64,000 nt of DNA from an uncultured Ignavibacteriales bacterium. Its GTDB lineage: Bacteria > Zixibacteria > MSB-5A5 > GN15 > FEB-12. The position numbers and the translations under genes were made by a program. Numbering within the stretch: position 1 is the stretch's first letter; each line of letters starts with the position of its first letter. The notes beneath the pieces are model-generated. The model was not told the origin of the DNA, did not search any database, and saw only the letters and a list, made by a program, of their open reading frames with translations. The DNA is taken from the NCBI GenBank assembly GCA_964503315.1, contig CAZCZL010000014.1:4159-68158 (forward strand), written 5' to 3'. This document shows, in pieces, positions 39,565 to 51,776 of the stretch.

Positions 39565-40506
39565 CTACGCCATATTCACCGCCACTCGCGGACGAAATCC
39601 ACCCATCGCCAGCAAGGTCTCCTGACGGCGGCGAATCTCGTTCTCCGTCATCGCGAAATCCGGCCCCACATGCTCGATCATGATCGAGGACGTACATGAC
39701 GCAAAACATCCCGCCCGCCGCAAATCCCCCTTCGTCTTGAGATACTCGTACGTGAACCCCGCCATGTAGGTATCTCCCGCGCCGGTCGCGTCGATCAGAT
39801 CTATCTCATACGGCGGGATATCGATGAACTGCTTGCCGTCATAGATCACCGACCCGAGTTCCGCGAGCGTGACGATCACGATCTTCGGCCCCCACGACTT
39901 GAGTATCTTCGCCGCTTCGTACGGATTTTCGCGGCAATCGATCCCGGTCAATACTTTCGCTTCCATCTCGTTCGGCTTGACGATATCAAACAGCGCAAAC
40001 GCCTTCTCTATCCCTTCCGGCTTGTCATGCGTGATCCTCATCTGCGAATCGATATCCCGTAACAACCCCTGCGGATCCAGGAAGAACAGACCGTTCGGAT
40101 AATTCTTCCGTATCTGCGCGACCATTTCCAGCGAGACTTCCTTGAGGATCGGCCCGATCAATATCGCTTCGGAATCCTTGTACAGCGAAGCGTCTATCTC
40201 ACTGATATTCGCCGCCCGTCCCAATAGGTCGAGCGTTCTATTCCCAAACGCGTCGTAATAGATCAGAGAGAATCCGCCGGTCTCTTTTGAAGGCGTGATA
40301 TGGGGCGTGATCTTATGCTTCCGCATATCCGCCATGAATTGCGCTTTGAGATCATCCCCCACCGACCCGACCAGCGTCACCTCTTTGCCGAGTTTCGCCA
40401 GCACGAGCGCGGCATTGGTCGAACAGCCGGAGAGAATGCGGGTCTTAGTATCGACACGTGGAGTTTTGATATAGTCATACACAGGATTGCCGATTGCCGT
40501 GATCAT
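39565..40506 (-). CDS. PfkB-family carbohydrate/small-molecule kinase
   Basis: 313 aa. C-terminal signature 'DATGAGDTYMAGF'. 'VKPNEMEA' region. Confidence 0.8.
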   Translation of the reverse strand: MITAIGNPVYDYIKTPRVDTKTRILSGCSTNAALVLAKLGKEVTLVGSVGDDLKAQFMADMRKHKITPHITPSKETGGFSLIYYDAFGNRTLDLLGRAANISEIDASLYKDSEAILIGPILKEVSLEMVAQIRKNYPNGLFFLDPQGLLRDIDSQMRITHDKPEGIEKAFALFDIVKPNEMEAKVLTGIDCRENPYEAAKILKSWGPKIVIVTLAELGSVIYDGKQFIDIPPYEIDLIDATGAGDTYMAGFTYEYLKTKGDLRRAGCFASCTSSIMIEHVGPDFAMTENEIRRRQETLLAMGGFRPRVAVNMA

Positions 40507-40542
40507 AGAGACTTTCTTCGAATAACGGGGTGAAAAACGAGG

Positions 40543-43365
<2,823 letters not shown>

Positions 43366-43369
<4 letters not shown>

Positions 43370-43635
43370 TATCACAGACCGCCAAAATCGTTAATAAACT
43401 CGGCTTGCATGCCCGCCCGTCGGCACTGCTGGTGACAACCGCCTCGAAATTCCAATCCGAGGTGCACTTCACCAAAAACGGCCTCCGCGTCAACGGCAAA
43501 TCAATTTTGGGCGTAATGATGTTGGCGGCTGAATTCGGTTCAGACCTATTGGTCGAAGTCAACGGCCCCGATGAAGAGCAGGCGCTGACTGATATTCTCG
43601 CCGTTATCGAATCCCGTTTCGGCGAAACGGAATAA
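43366..43635 (+). CDS. ptsH: Phosphocarrier protein HPr
   Basis: 89 aa. His15 context 'GLHARPSALLV' and Ser46 context 'NGKSILGVMML'. ATGA overlap with dprA. Confidence 0.9.
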
Positions 43636-43675
43636 TCCGTAAATCAGAATAATTCTCCAAACTCAAGCTAACTGT

Positions 43676-44040
43676 CATCACGAGCTTTGCTTGATCCATT
43701 TAGCAAGGCAAAGCGTCGTGATCTCAGTTTCTTCTATGTTTGGGAGAGATCGCGACGCCAGCGATGAGTGGATCCCAGCTTTCGCTGGGATAAGGAGTAT
43801 CGTGGCTCGCGATGACGGAACGAGAGTGGGCGATCGTACTACAAAAGGCTCGCGATGACGGGATGGGGGCACGGAAGGTTGCGGAGTGCAACCATCAAGT
43901 GCGTGGGGAATAAGGAGAAAGGGAAATTGGCAACATTGGGCAACCATCAAGTTGTTGGCATTTAACAAAGGGTGGCGGGGTGCGAAGTAGTTCGTATCGG
44001 GAATGGGGTCAGCGATGCGGGGCAATAGGATGATGGTTGC
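43676..44040. repeat. Cluster of short hairpins and direct repeats in a 550-nt non-coding tract
   Basis: Imperfect inverted repeat at 43678-43723. Inverted repeat gcgtcgtgatctc (43713-43725) / gagatcgcgacgc (43746-43758). 8-bp hairpin atcccagc-tttc-gctgggat (43772-43791). 15-nt direct repeat ggctcgcgatgacgg (43804-43818 and 43847-43861). 13-nt direct repeat gcaaccatcaagt (43888-43900 and 43940-43952), plus an inverted gcaaccatca at 44031-44040. Confidence 0.7.
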
Positions 44041-44193
44041 ATGTGCGAACCTGATCCGGCCGCTCATCGGTTTGGTGAGGGCGGTTCAGATTTTCGGCGA
44101 GGGGTGAGCAGACTACGCCCTCTATTAATGGGGACAGAGTTGGGGGAACTGACGATTGTCATACAATGCACGGTGATGAGGCGAAACGTTCGA

Positions 44194-46833
44194 TTATCTG
44201 ATTATCACCAACTTCCCTATCTGTACCGGGCCGGAATCCGGTTCCACTGACCAATAGTATAGGCCGGACTCAACTGCCATAATGTTACGATTGATCAGAT
44301 CCCAGGTATCATGGTCGGAGGCGGGGTCGTTCGGGTCCATGTCGTGGCGAATCTCGCGGACCATGTCGCCATCGAGGGTGTGTATCCGTATCCAGCATTT
44401 AGCGGGGAGGTTGGCGAAATGAATTCGTCGTTCGCGATCGTTGATCCGGTCGGAGCCACGACCTTCGTACCCCATGTCGCGGTATTTGGCGTCAGTGCGA
44501 TAGGGATTCGGGTAGATGTAGACTTGCTTGTTAGTCGCGCCGGTTTGATTGGCATTTTCTAAGGCGTAGCAGTCCTGCAGTCCAAGAAGCTTGCTTGATT
44601 CGAGTGCTTCGACTCCACCGGCAGGGTCGCCGTAATCGAATGCGGTGACATTCACGTAATATGGAACAGTTGGAAGCAGGCCATCGATGATGCACTCGTA
44701 TTCATAGTATTTCAGATAACCGTCTTCGGTGTAGGCGGAGTCGGGAATTGGTTCGCCGGGGATAGGTTTCGGTTGGTTGGGGTAGAGCTTTCTGATCGGA
44801 GTGTCAATGCCGAGTCGGCTTGCGTTATAGCCATGTTGGACGAAGTAAAAGATGGAGTCGCCAAGATATCCCGGTAGACGATATGGCGTACCGGCAGTGT
44901 ACGCGAGTGGGTCGAAGAGCGAGTCATGGCATGGATCATTCCCTAACCCGTAGAGACAGCGGAGTTGATCGAGAGTGAACGGGACTTCCTGAACCTCGAA
45001 GCCACCGGAGGGATATATCTTCGGGTTCCAGACGAATTTGTCGTAGTTTTTCAGGTCACAGCCTGCGGCGAGAGCCAACGATGCTTCGCGGTCGTCCCGA
45101 CCGAGATAGATCCGATACCCTTCGAAATCAATCCGATTCGAAACTAAGTCCTTGGTCGTTTCGCTTAGGAGTCCATTGAACCGAACCCGGATCCCTTTGT
45201 CGTACGGATAGAGCCAGAACTTGGGTGCAGGTGGTGGGCCGACCGCACGCCAATCGGGAATGCCATCACCGGCATAGTAGGTTGTCTCCGCAACCGATGG
45301 AATCCAGACCGAGTCAACCAACACGGAGTCAAGCACGCAGACATGATATTTGCCACGGTAGCCGTCGCCATCGGTATCGTAGCCTGGGTTGTCATAGACC
45401 CACTCGGCCTGCTTGGCGTTTTTGACGAGGTCGGTGAAATCGACATTGGCATACCAAGCGTCGACGCCAGAAGTGTCGAGATTATTGAAATTTGTGGGGT
45501 CGTTATGGAAATTCTCACCTCCAATGACAGCGAACACGACTGTTTTCACTTCGCCTGCCTCCAAATCGAATGGCCCAGTCGAGAGTATTGCCCGAAAGCG
45601 ATTCAGGCCCCAGAAGAAATATAGCCGTGCGATTGATGGCGGGTAGGCCCACACTGGATCGTTTGGCAGAATCTCGATGACTCTTGCAATGTCCGGGTCC
45701 ATTTCGCCATTCGCCATCATGTAATATTTGTCAACATCTCCCATCGGCGTACCCGAGTTTCTACCCATCGGGTGTATCGGCAAACCACCCGGGCCCTTGT
45801 GTTGCGGCCCATAGTCAGCCTCCAGATTTGTGGCCGCAGGATTCCACCAGTTGAAACTTAATGTGTGAGCCTCTTTCGGCGATTCCAAGAGGCGGACACC
45901 AAGTGCGGTTCGCGTCGACCTAAAAGGACCTGATTCTTCCCAACGGGGCGGAAACACGTCGGAATTAGGCTGACCATCATTGCTTGATGCCCACAACATG
46001 TTCAGAGTGTCCAGGAAAGGACAACCAATAGGTGAGGGTACATCTACCAGAAAACCGCCAAGCTTTTGCGCAAAAGCAGCACTCAGCCAAGCATAGGCGC
46101 CAAAAAACGGATCGAGGTAAAAGCCTACATACATGTCACGAAGCTTGTTCCTTCCAATATTCGTGATGCGATATTCGATCAGCACAAAATCATCCACTAG
46201 CGTGCTCGACCACTGTGACGATATCTGCGTAACGTGTATCCCTAATGGCTGATGAGACTTCCCGGATCGAAAGTCCATCTGCAATCCCGGCTGATACCCT
46301 CTCACAGTATCTGTGAATGCCGTGACATAATCCTGATCTGACCTGGCTGGGTCCGATGGCCTATCTGTCGCAAGTGACCGAACTAAAATGGGACTAGATA
46401 GATCGGGAGCTGGCGAGAACTCAAAGTTGGGTGGTTGATCGGAAAAGTATTGCAGGTCTGAATATCCGACTGATACAAGAGTGTCTCCCTGCTCAGTGAT
46501 TCCACCAATCCAGATTGCGGCATTTCTGATACAAGCCGACCCGCTTCCTCGTGGATACTCTCCGGCTCCAAACTCGCCAATGAGTGTTACTTCTCCCAAA
46601 TGACAACCAGCTTGGTCGTGGGAGTAGGAGGTAAGCGGCTGCATGTCTCCGGGGAAATTGCCCGTGCCGAACATTCCGCCATTGGTGATCATTAGGGATA
46701 GTCTACCCACATCATGAGTGGCTGTGCAGTATGTGGAAGCAACGAAGGATTGGGCTTGGGATTGCACAGGTTCGCGGGCAAAAGACAAGCTGGCCAAGAG
46801 AAGAACGCAAAGACAATACAGACTTCGACGCAT
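44194..46833 (-). CDS. Large secreted protein, paralogue 3 (divergent, dispersed copy) with T9SS/FlgD-Ig-like tail
   Basis: 879 aa. Signal peptide 'MRRSLYCLCVLLLASLSFA'. Shares 'YDNPGYDTDGDGYRGK', 'GDGIPDWRAVGPPPAP', 'IRVRFNG', 'DFEGYRIYLGRDDREASL', 'LLPTVPYYVNVTAFDYG', 'YIYPNPYRTD' and 'SGLYYWSVE' with the copies at 3.6-9.0 kb. Confidence 0.85.
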   Translation of the reverse strand: MRRSLYCLCVLLLASLSFAREPVQSQAQSFVASTYCTATHDVGRLSLMITNGGMFGTGNFPGDMQPLTSYSHDQAGCHLGEVTLIGEFGAGEYPRGSGSACIRNAAIWIGGITEQGDTLVSVGYSDLQYFSDQPPNFEFSPAPDLSSPILVRSLATDRPSDPARSDQDYVTAFTDTVRGYQPGLQMDFRSGKSHQPLGIHVTQISSQWSSTLVDDFVLIEYRITNIGRNKLRDMYVGFYLDPFFGAYAWLSAAFAQKLGGFLVDVPSPIGCPFLDTLNMLWASSNDGQPNSDVFPPRWEESGPFRSTRTALGVRLLESPKEAHTLSFNWWNPAATNLEADYGPQHKGPGGLPIHPMGRNSGTPMGDVDKYYMMANGEMDPDIARVIEILPNDPVWAYPPSIARLYFFWGLNRFRAILSTGPFDLEAGEVKTVVFAVIGGENFHNDPTNFNNLDTSGVDAWYANVDFTDLVKNAKQAEWVYDNPGYDTDGDGYRGKYHVCVLDSVLVDSVWIPSVAETTYYAGDGIPDWRAVGPPPAPKFWLYPYDKGIRVRFNGLLSETTKDLVSNRIDFEGYRIYLGRDDREASLALAAGCDLKNYDKFVWNPKIYPSGGFEVQEVPFTLDQLRCLYGLGNDPCHDSLFDPLAYTAGTPYRLPGYLGDSIFYFVQHGYNASRLGIDTPIRKLYPNQPKPIPGEPIPDSAYTEDGYLKYYEYECIIDGLLPTVPYYVNVTAFDYGDPAGGVEALESSKLLGLQDCYALENANQTGATNKQVYIYPNPYRTDAKYRDMGYEGRGSDRINDRERRIHFANLPAKCWIRIHTLDGDMVREIRHDMDPNDPASDHDTWDLINRNIMAVESGLYYWSVEPDSGPVQIGKLVIIR

Positions 46834-46910
46834 AAACTCCCCAGTTTTGTCTGGTCAAACATAGACGTTTAGAGCGCCATTGGCAACCAAGGAATTCTGC
46901 GGGAGATGAA

Positions 46911-46966
46911 CTGAGATCGCGACGCCTTGCCCTCGTACGAGCAGACGAAGACGTCTGCCGAGCAGA
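46911..46966. repeat. Repeat/hairpin element upstream of paralogue 3, in the region divergent with ptsI
   Basis: gagatcgcgacgcc (46913-46926) is identical to 43746-43759. Hairpin gcagacg-aaga-cgtctgc (46941-46958) is flanked by the direct repeat cgagcaga (46938-46945 and 46959-46966). Confidence 0.55.
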
Positions 46967-47074
46967 GTCGTCTACCTGACATCCCCGCCTTTTGGCTACC
47001 CCTGTTATTCCGCTTGCCTATCATTTCCATAACTGCCTATCTTAGAGTAGACTATAGCCGCAAGTGATTGACCA

Positions 47075-48817
47075 ATGAAGAGTAATCGAAAAGTCATTAA
47101 AGGGGTGCCGGCCTCGCCCGGGATCGCTGTCGGCAACGCGCGCATCATCCTCCCCGATGATATCCGCATCCCCGAAATGATCATCCCCGCCGCACGCTGT
47201 CAGTCCGAGATCGACGCGCTCGACCGCGCGGTCGCGGCGACGATGGCCGAAGTCCGGAAACTTCGCGACGCCGCCAACCGCAAAGCATCCGGCCCGATCG
47301 CCAAGATCTTCGATGCCCAGATGCTGATCGCCTCAGATTACGATTTCATCCAGCAGGTGAAAGAGCAGATCGTCGCGAAACGTCGCCCTGCGGGATATAT
47401 CTACAAGCAGTTGGTGGACAAGATCACCGCGCCATTGCGGCTTGCTGCCGACCCGTACATGCGTCAGATGTCGATGGAGATCGATGCGGTCGCGCGGAAG
47501 ATCCTCTCCAAACTGGGAACGGGTGCGACCGACGAAGATATCGAGTTTCCGCCGAACACCATTCTGGTGTCGCAGGTTTTCACTCCCGGCCAGGTGCTGA
47601 CCTTCCGCGACCGCAAGGCCGCCGGTTTTGCCGCCGCTGAAGGCGGGCGCACGTCGCACATGGCGCTCATCGCCCGCTCGCTGATGATCCCCATGGTCAT
47701 CGCCGAGGATATCGCCGAGCTGGTCGAGAACGACGCGAGGATCATTGTCGATGGTTCCGCCGGCGTGGTGATTATCAATCCATCTGAGGAAGATTGTGCT
47801 GAAGCCTCGCGCCTGAAAAAACGCCAGGGGCCGGCCCTTATCACTCAGATCAAGAAACTTGAGACGATCCCGCCGAAGACCGCCGATGGGCGCACGCTTA
47901 ATATCGCGGCCAATCTTGAACTCCCCGGCCCGATCGATGAGATACTGGCCTCCAAAAAGATCTGCGTTGGATTGTATCGAACCGAGTTTCTCTACCTTCG
48001 CGAGGGGGACTTCCCGGACGAAGAGACGCAGTACGAGGTCTACTCGCAGATCGCGGAGACCTTTAGTCATTGCGGCGTGATCCTGCGGACATACGATATC
48101 GGTTCGGACAAGATCAAAGCCGATGGCGAATTCGGCCACGAAGACAACCCCGCGCTCGGATGGCGGGGAATCCGGTCGATGCTTGAGATGCCGGATGTCT
48201 TCAAAGCCCAGATCCGGGCGATGTTGCGCGCTTCAGCCCGCAAGAATCTCAAGATCATGCTCCCCATGATCTCCGACCTGATCGAATACGAACGGGCAAA
48301 GAAGCTCATCCAGCAGGTGATGCTCGACCTGAAGCGTGCGCGCATCCCGTTTGACCCGCAAATCCCGATAGGGATCATGGTCGAAGTCCCCTCGGCGGCC
48401 TTGACCGCCGACCTGCTGGCCCAGAAAGTGGACTTCATATCTATTGGTACCAACGACTTGACGCAATACACGATGTCCGCGGACCGGGCCAATGCGAAAG
48501 TCGCCGGTCTCTACAATTCCTACCACCCCTCTGTCCTGCAACTGATTAAAATGACGGTTGAGGCTTGTAAAAAGCACCGGAAACCAGTATCTATATGCGG
48601 CGAAATCGCGGGTGACCACTTGGCGCTCCCCCTTTTCGTCGGTTTGGGCGTGGAGCAACTCTCCATGAACCCCGCCAAGATATATGATATGTGCCGGTTG
48701 GTCGGCAAGATCGACACCGGAGTGGCTCGACATTTGGCCGAAACGGTCATGAAGTGCCCCTCTGCCGCCGCCGTTACCCGTCGCCTGGAAACATTCCAGG
48801 ATGCACTCGAGAAGTAG
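47075..48817 (+). CDS. ptsI: Phosphoenolpyruvate-protein phosphotransferase (PTS enzyme I)
   Basis: 580 aa. Phosphohistidine region 'GGRTSHMALIARSL', 'GLYRTEFLY', 'LGWRGIR', 'FISIGTNDLTQYTMSADR', 'CGEIAGD'. Confidence 0.9.
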   Translation: MKSNRKVIKGVPASPGIAVGNARIILPDDIRIPEMIIPAARCQSEIDALDRAVAATMAEVRKLRDAANRKASGPIAKIFDAQMLIASDYDFIQQVKEQIVAKRRPAGYIYKQLVDKITAPLRLAADPYMRQMSMEIDAVARKILSKLGTGATDEDIEFPPNTILVSQVFTPGQVLTFRDRKAAGFAAAEGGRTSHMALIARSLMIPMVIAEDIAELVENDARIIVDGSAGVVIINPSEEDCAEASRLKKRQGPALITQIKKLETIPPKTADGRTLNIAANLELPGPIDEILASKKICVGLYRTEFLYLREGDFPDEETQYEVYSQIAETFSHCGVILRTYDIGSDKIKADGEFGHEDNPALGWRGIRSMLEMPDVFKAQIRAMLRASARKNLKIMLPMISDLIEYERAKKLIQQVMLDLKRARIPFDPQIPIGIMVEVPSAALTADLLAQKVDFISIGTNDLTQYTMSADRANAKVAGLYNSYHPSVLQLIKMTVEACKKHRKPVSICGEIAGDHLALPLFVGLGVEQLSMNPAKIYDMCRLVGKIDTGVARHLAETVMKCPSAAAVTRRLETFQDALEK

Positions 48818-48844
48818 TGAACGTTTAGATACAGGATACGCGAT

Positions 48845-49912
48845 TTGGCATTGCTTGATGATGTTGACACGATACGCTCAGTCGATCCGTCGAATATGTA
48901 CAACCGGATATTCGACTTCCCTGAGCAGATGGCCGATGCCCTGAAGTTGGCGGATGGCTGGAATATTCGGGCGAACGATTTTGCGGGGATCCGCAACGTG
49001 GTGGTTATCGGCATGGGCGGTTCCGCGATCGGCGGCGACCTTGTCCGCACCCTCCTGGCCGACCGACTAGTCATCCCCTTCTTTGTGAACAGACACTATA
49101 AGCTGCCGGAGTTCGTCGACGACGAGACGCTGGTGATCGCTTCCTCATATAGCGGTAACACTGAAGAGACCCTTGAGGCTCTCGATGACGCCCTGGATCG
49201 CAAGGCCCAGATAGTCGCCATCACGACCGGCGGAATGCTCGAAGAGGTCGCCAAGCTGAACGACATTCCGTTGATGCAGATCCCCGGTGGCATGCAGCCC
49301 CGCGCCGCGCTCGGCTACTCGTTTGTGCCGGTCGCCATGCTGTTCGAGAAACTCGGTATGGTGAAAGGGATGTCCAAGGAGATCAACGGCGCGATCCGTT
49401 TGATGCAGACTTTCCGCGAACGGTATATCGAAGATTCACCGACTGAATCCAACATGGCGAAGAATATCGCCGAGCGACTGCTCGCCAAGATGGCGATAGT
49501 GTATACCGGCCCGACATTAATGGATGTGGTGGGGCTTCGCTGGAAAGGCCAGTTCTGCGAAAACGGCAAGAACATGACCTTCCATAACGTCTTCCCGGAA
49601 TTCAACCATAACGAACTGGTCGCCTGGTCTGACCCTATCGGCCCCCATACCGAGAATCTCCAGGTGCTCTTTATTCGCGACCAGGGAGATCACCCAAAGG
49701 TGCAGAAGCGAATGGATATCGTCAAAGGGTTGATCGAGAAGACGGGAGTCGACGTGCTCGAATTACGCTCTATCGGCGATTCGCCACTTGAGCGCATGTT
49801 CAGCATGATCCAGTTGGGTGATTTCGCCTCTTACTATCTGGCGGTGGTGAACGATACTGACCCGACGCCGGTAGAAGCGATAGAAAGCCTGAAAAAGGCG
49901 CTGGCCAAATAG
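48845..49912 (+). CDS. Bifunctional phosphoglucose/phosphomannose isomerase (SIS domain)
   Basis: 355 aa. 'VVVIGMGGSAIGGDL' and 'LVIASSYSGNTEETL'. Layout typical of the PGI/PMI family. TTG start. Confidence 0.75.
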   Translation: MALLDDVDTIRSVDPSNMYNRIFDFPEQMADALKLADGWNIRANDFAGIRNVVVIGMGGSAIGGDLVRTLLADRLVIPFFVNRHYKLPEFVDDETLVIASSYSGNTEETLEALDDALDRKAQIVAITTGGMLEEVAKLNDIPLMQIPGGMQPRAALGYSFVPVAMLFEKLGMVKGMSKEINGAIRLMQTFRERYIEDSPTESNMAKNIAERLLAKMAIVYTGPTLMDVVGLRWKGQFCENGKNMTFHNVFPEFNHNELVAWSDPIGPHTENLQVLFIRDQGDHPKVQKRMDIVKGLIEKTGVDVLELRSIGDSPLERMFSMIQLGDFASYYLAVVNDTDPTPVEAIESLKKALAK

Positions 49913-49937
49913 AGTCGACACTGCCGGGCAGTTCGAC

Positions 49938-50156
49938 ATGGCTGAATCAATCACACAGTCGACCAGAGTAGAAGACCTGGTCGAACAACACCCCCAGGCG
50001 ATCGGTATGTTCATTGAGCATGGATTGCCCTGTGTTGTCTGCGGCGAACCGTTCTGGGGAACGATCGCCGAACTGGCCGCCCTCAAGAATTGGGAGCCGG
50101 CCCGCGTGGAAAAACTCGTGCACGCATTGAACCGCCGATTACTCAAATCCGAGTGA
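49938..50156 (+). CDS. DUF1858-like small redox-disulfide protein
   Basis: 72 aa. 'VEDLVEQHPQAIGMFIEHGLPCVVCGEPFWGTIAELA' matches the hybrid-cluster-associated CxxC small-domain pattern. Confidence 0.6.
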   Translation: MAESITQSTRVEDLVEQHPQAIGMFIEHGLPCVVCGEPFWGTIAELAALKNWEPARVEKLVHALNRRLLKSE

Positions 50157-50203
50157 ACAGAATCGACGGTTCCTCAGTCTAATGTAAGGTACACCGATTC
50201 GCA

Positions 50204-51103
50204 TTGACCCGCGCTGATGGAGTTCGCAGAGTGACTGTAGGTAAACGGATTCGCCCTCTTCTTCTATCTCTATCCTCCCTGTTGGCGGCATCCAGCGTTT
50301 TGGCGCAGGAAACGGCAGATAGTCAGTCACTCTTCCGGACCGATCGATTTAACGCGCTCATTCTGATCCTCGTTTTCTCCGGAGTTGTCCTGCTGTATAC
50401 CCGCTGGGCGCGCCAGGGGAAGACGTTGTTCATTCGCAAAATGGCCGGTCTCGATGCCATGGAAGAAGCAGTTGGCCGTGCGACCGAAATGGGACGTCCG
50501 GTGCTCTTCATCCCCGGATTGCAGGAGATCGATGAAATAGAGACGATCGCCGGTATTTCCATCCTCGGACGTGTTGCTCGCATTACCGCACAGTACGAAA
50601 CCCCGCTCCTTGTGCCGGTCCGTTATCCGATGGTCCTTGCCGCCGGACAGGAAGTTGTCGAGCAGGCCTATACCGAAGTTGGACGGCGCGACTCGTACAA
50701 CAAAGATATCGTCCGTTATGTCGCCGGCGAGCAGATGGCCTTCACCGCTACCGTCAATGGGATGATGATGCGAGAGCGCCCTGCGGCGAATATCTTCATG
50801 GGCGCGTTTTTCGCCGAATCACTGCTCCTCGCCGAAACCGGCAACGCGGCCGGCTCGATTCAGATAGCTGGTACCGCCCGCCCCGAACAGCTCCCCTTTT
50901 TCGTCGCCGCCTGTGACTACACATTAATGGGCGAAGAGCTGTATGCGGCCTCGGCGTATCTGTCGCATGAACCGATCATGCTCGGCGGCCTCAAAGGACA
51001 GGATTTCGTCAAGGTCATAATTATCCTCATGATCATCCTCGGAGTCGTACTCGCAAGCCTCGGTTATGGCGAGTCCTTCATCAAACTGTTTGAGGCCGTG
51101 TAG
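50204..51103 (+). CDS. Unknown membrane protein A1 (signal/TM, ~190-aa soluble domain, C-terminal TM)
   Basis: 299-aa ORF starting at TTG 50204 or GTG 50231. 'KRIRPLLLSLSSLLAASSVLAQE', then TM 'ALILILVFSGVVLLY', a soluble middle, and C-terminal TM 'VKVIIILMIILGVVLASLGY'. No family recognised. Confidence 0.65.
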   Translation: MTRADGVRRVTVGKRIRPLLLSLSSLLAASSVLAQETADSQSLFRTDRFNALILILVFSGVVLLYTRWARQGKTLFIRKMAGLDAMEEAVGRATEMGRPVLFIPGLQEIDEIETIAGISILGRVARITAQYETPLLVPVRYPMVLAAGQEVVEQAYTEVGRRDSYNKDIVRYVAGEQMAFTATVNGMMMRERPAANIFMGAFFAESLLLAETGNAAGSIQIAGTARPEQLPFFVAACDYTLMGEELYAASAYLSHEPIMLGGLKGQDFVKVIIILMIILGVVLASLGYGESFIKLFEAV

Positions 51104-51109
51104 CCCAAC

Positions 51110-51772
51110 ATGAGAACCGTCGCCCCCATCGTCATTGCCTTCCTATCCGGGTTCGTCATGATCCTGTCGTTCTTCTTTAATCCGGATCGGACATTCCTGG
51201 GGCGCATCGAATCCGAGGTGCTGGTCTGGGTTACAATCGTCGGCGGCTTCACGCTGCTGTTGGGTGTGGTCTCGATCACGCGCGTTAATTTCCGCGCCGT
51301 GCGCAATCAGAAGTCAGGCTGGTTCTACAACCTGATGACTCTGATTTCGATCTTTGTCATGGCCATTCCCGCGATGCTTCCTGTTTCCTGGTCTCCGCTC
51401 TTCGGCGACCGTGAGGGTTCCATCTACGACTGGCTGTTTACGTATGTTGATTCGATCATGATGCAGACCATGTTCGGTCTGCTTGCGTTCTATATCGCGT
51501 CGGCCGCCTATCGCGCGTTCCGCGCGCGCAATGCCGAGGCGACCCTGCTCTTGTTGACCGCGGTCCTCGTCATGCTCTGGCGTATCCCGATGGGCGAGGC
51601 ATTTCTTCGCCTCTTCTCCGACAACCTCCCGCAGTGGATCAATACCTTCGTGATGAACGGCGCCAATATGTCCGTGCAACGAGGTATTATCATCGGTGCC
51701 GCGCTCGGCGCGGCCTCCATGTCGCTCCGTATCCTGCTGGGGATCGAACGCACCTACATGGGGAAGGGATAA
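51110..51772 (+). CDS. Unknown polytopic membrane protein B1
   Basis: 220 aa with about 6 hydrophobic helices. Starts 6 nt after A1. No family recognised. Confidence 0.65.
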   Translation: MRTVAPIVIAFLSGFVMILSFFFNPDRTFLGRIESEVLVWVTIVGGFTLLLGVVSITRVNFRAVRNQKSGWFYNLMTLISIFVMAIPAMLPVSWSPLFGDREGSIYDWLFTYVDSIMMQTMFGLLAFYIASAAYRAFRARNAEATLLLLTAVLVMLWRIPMGEAFLRLFSDNLPQWINTFVMNGANMSVQRGIIIGAALGAASMSLRILLGIERTYMGKG

Positions 51773-51776
51773 GCGG

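Noticed and set aside
43678-44067. 129-aa minus-strand ORF in the ptsH-paralogue 3 spacer
   Set aside because: It runs straight through the hairpin and direct-repeat cluster. Its translation ('LLIPAKAGIHS', 'LLIPHALDGCT') is the kind of artefact produced by REP-like repeats. It has no RBS and no coding-like periodicity. I treat it as non-coding.
43746-46926. Treating the 14-nt direct repeat flanking paralogue 3 as proven target-site duplication
   Set aside because: Among roughly 2e9 position pairs in 64 kb, several exact 14-mers are expected by chance (4^14 is about 2.7e8). Only the position of both copies in the flanking spacers makes the repeat suggestive. It is reported as a hypothesis, not as a mobile-element call.
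51696-51776. Upstream extensions of ORFs: 51696 for A2, 62754 for the small membrane protein, 54438 for the nucleotidyltransferase, 31735 for lptF and 37729 for the Tat protein
   Set aside because: The extensions overlap the preceding gene or lack a family-typical N-terminus. Internal ATG or GTG codons with an RBS or stop/start coupling give canonical N-termini.
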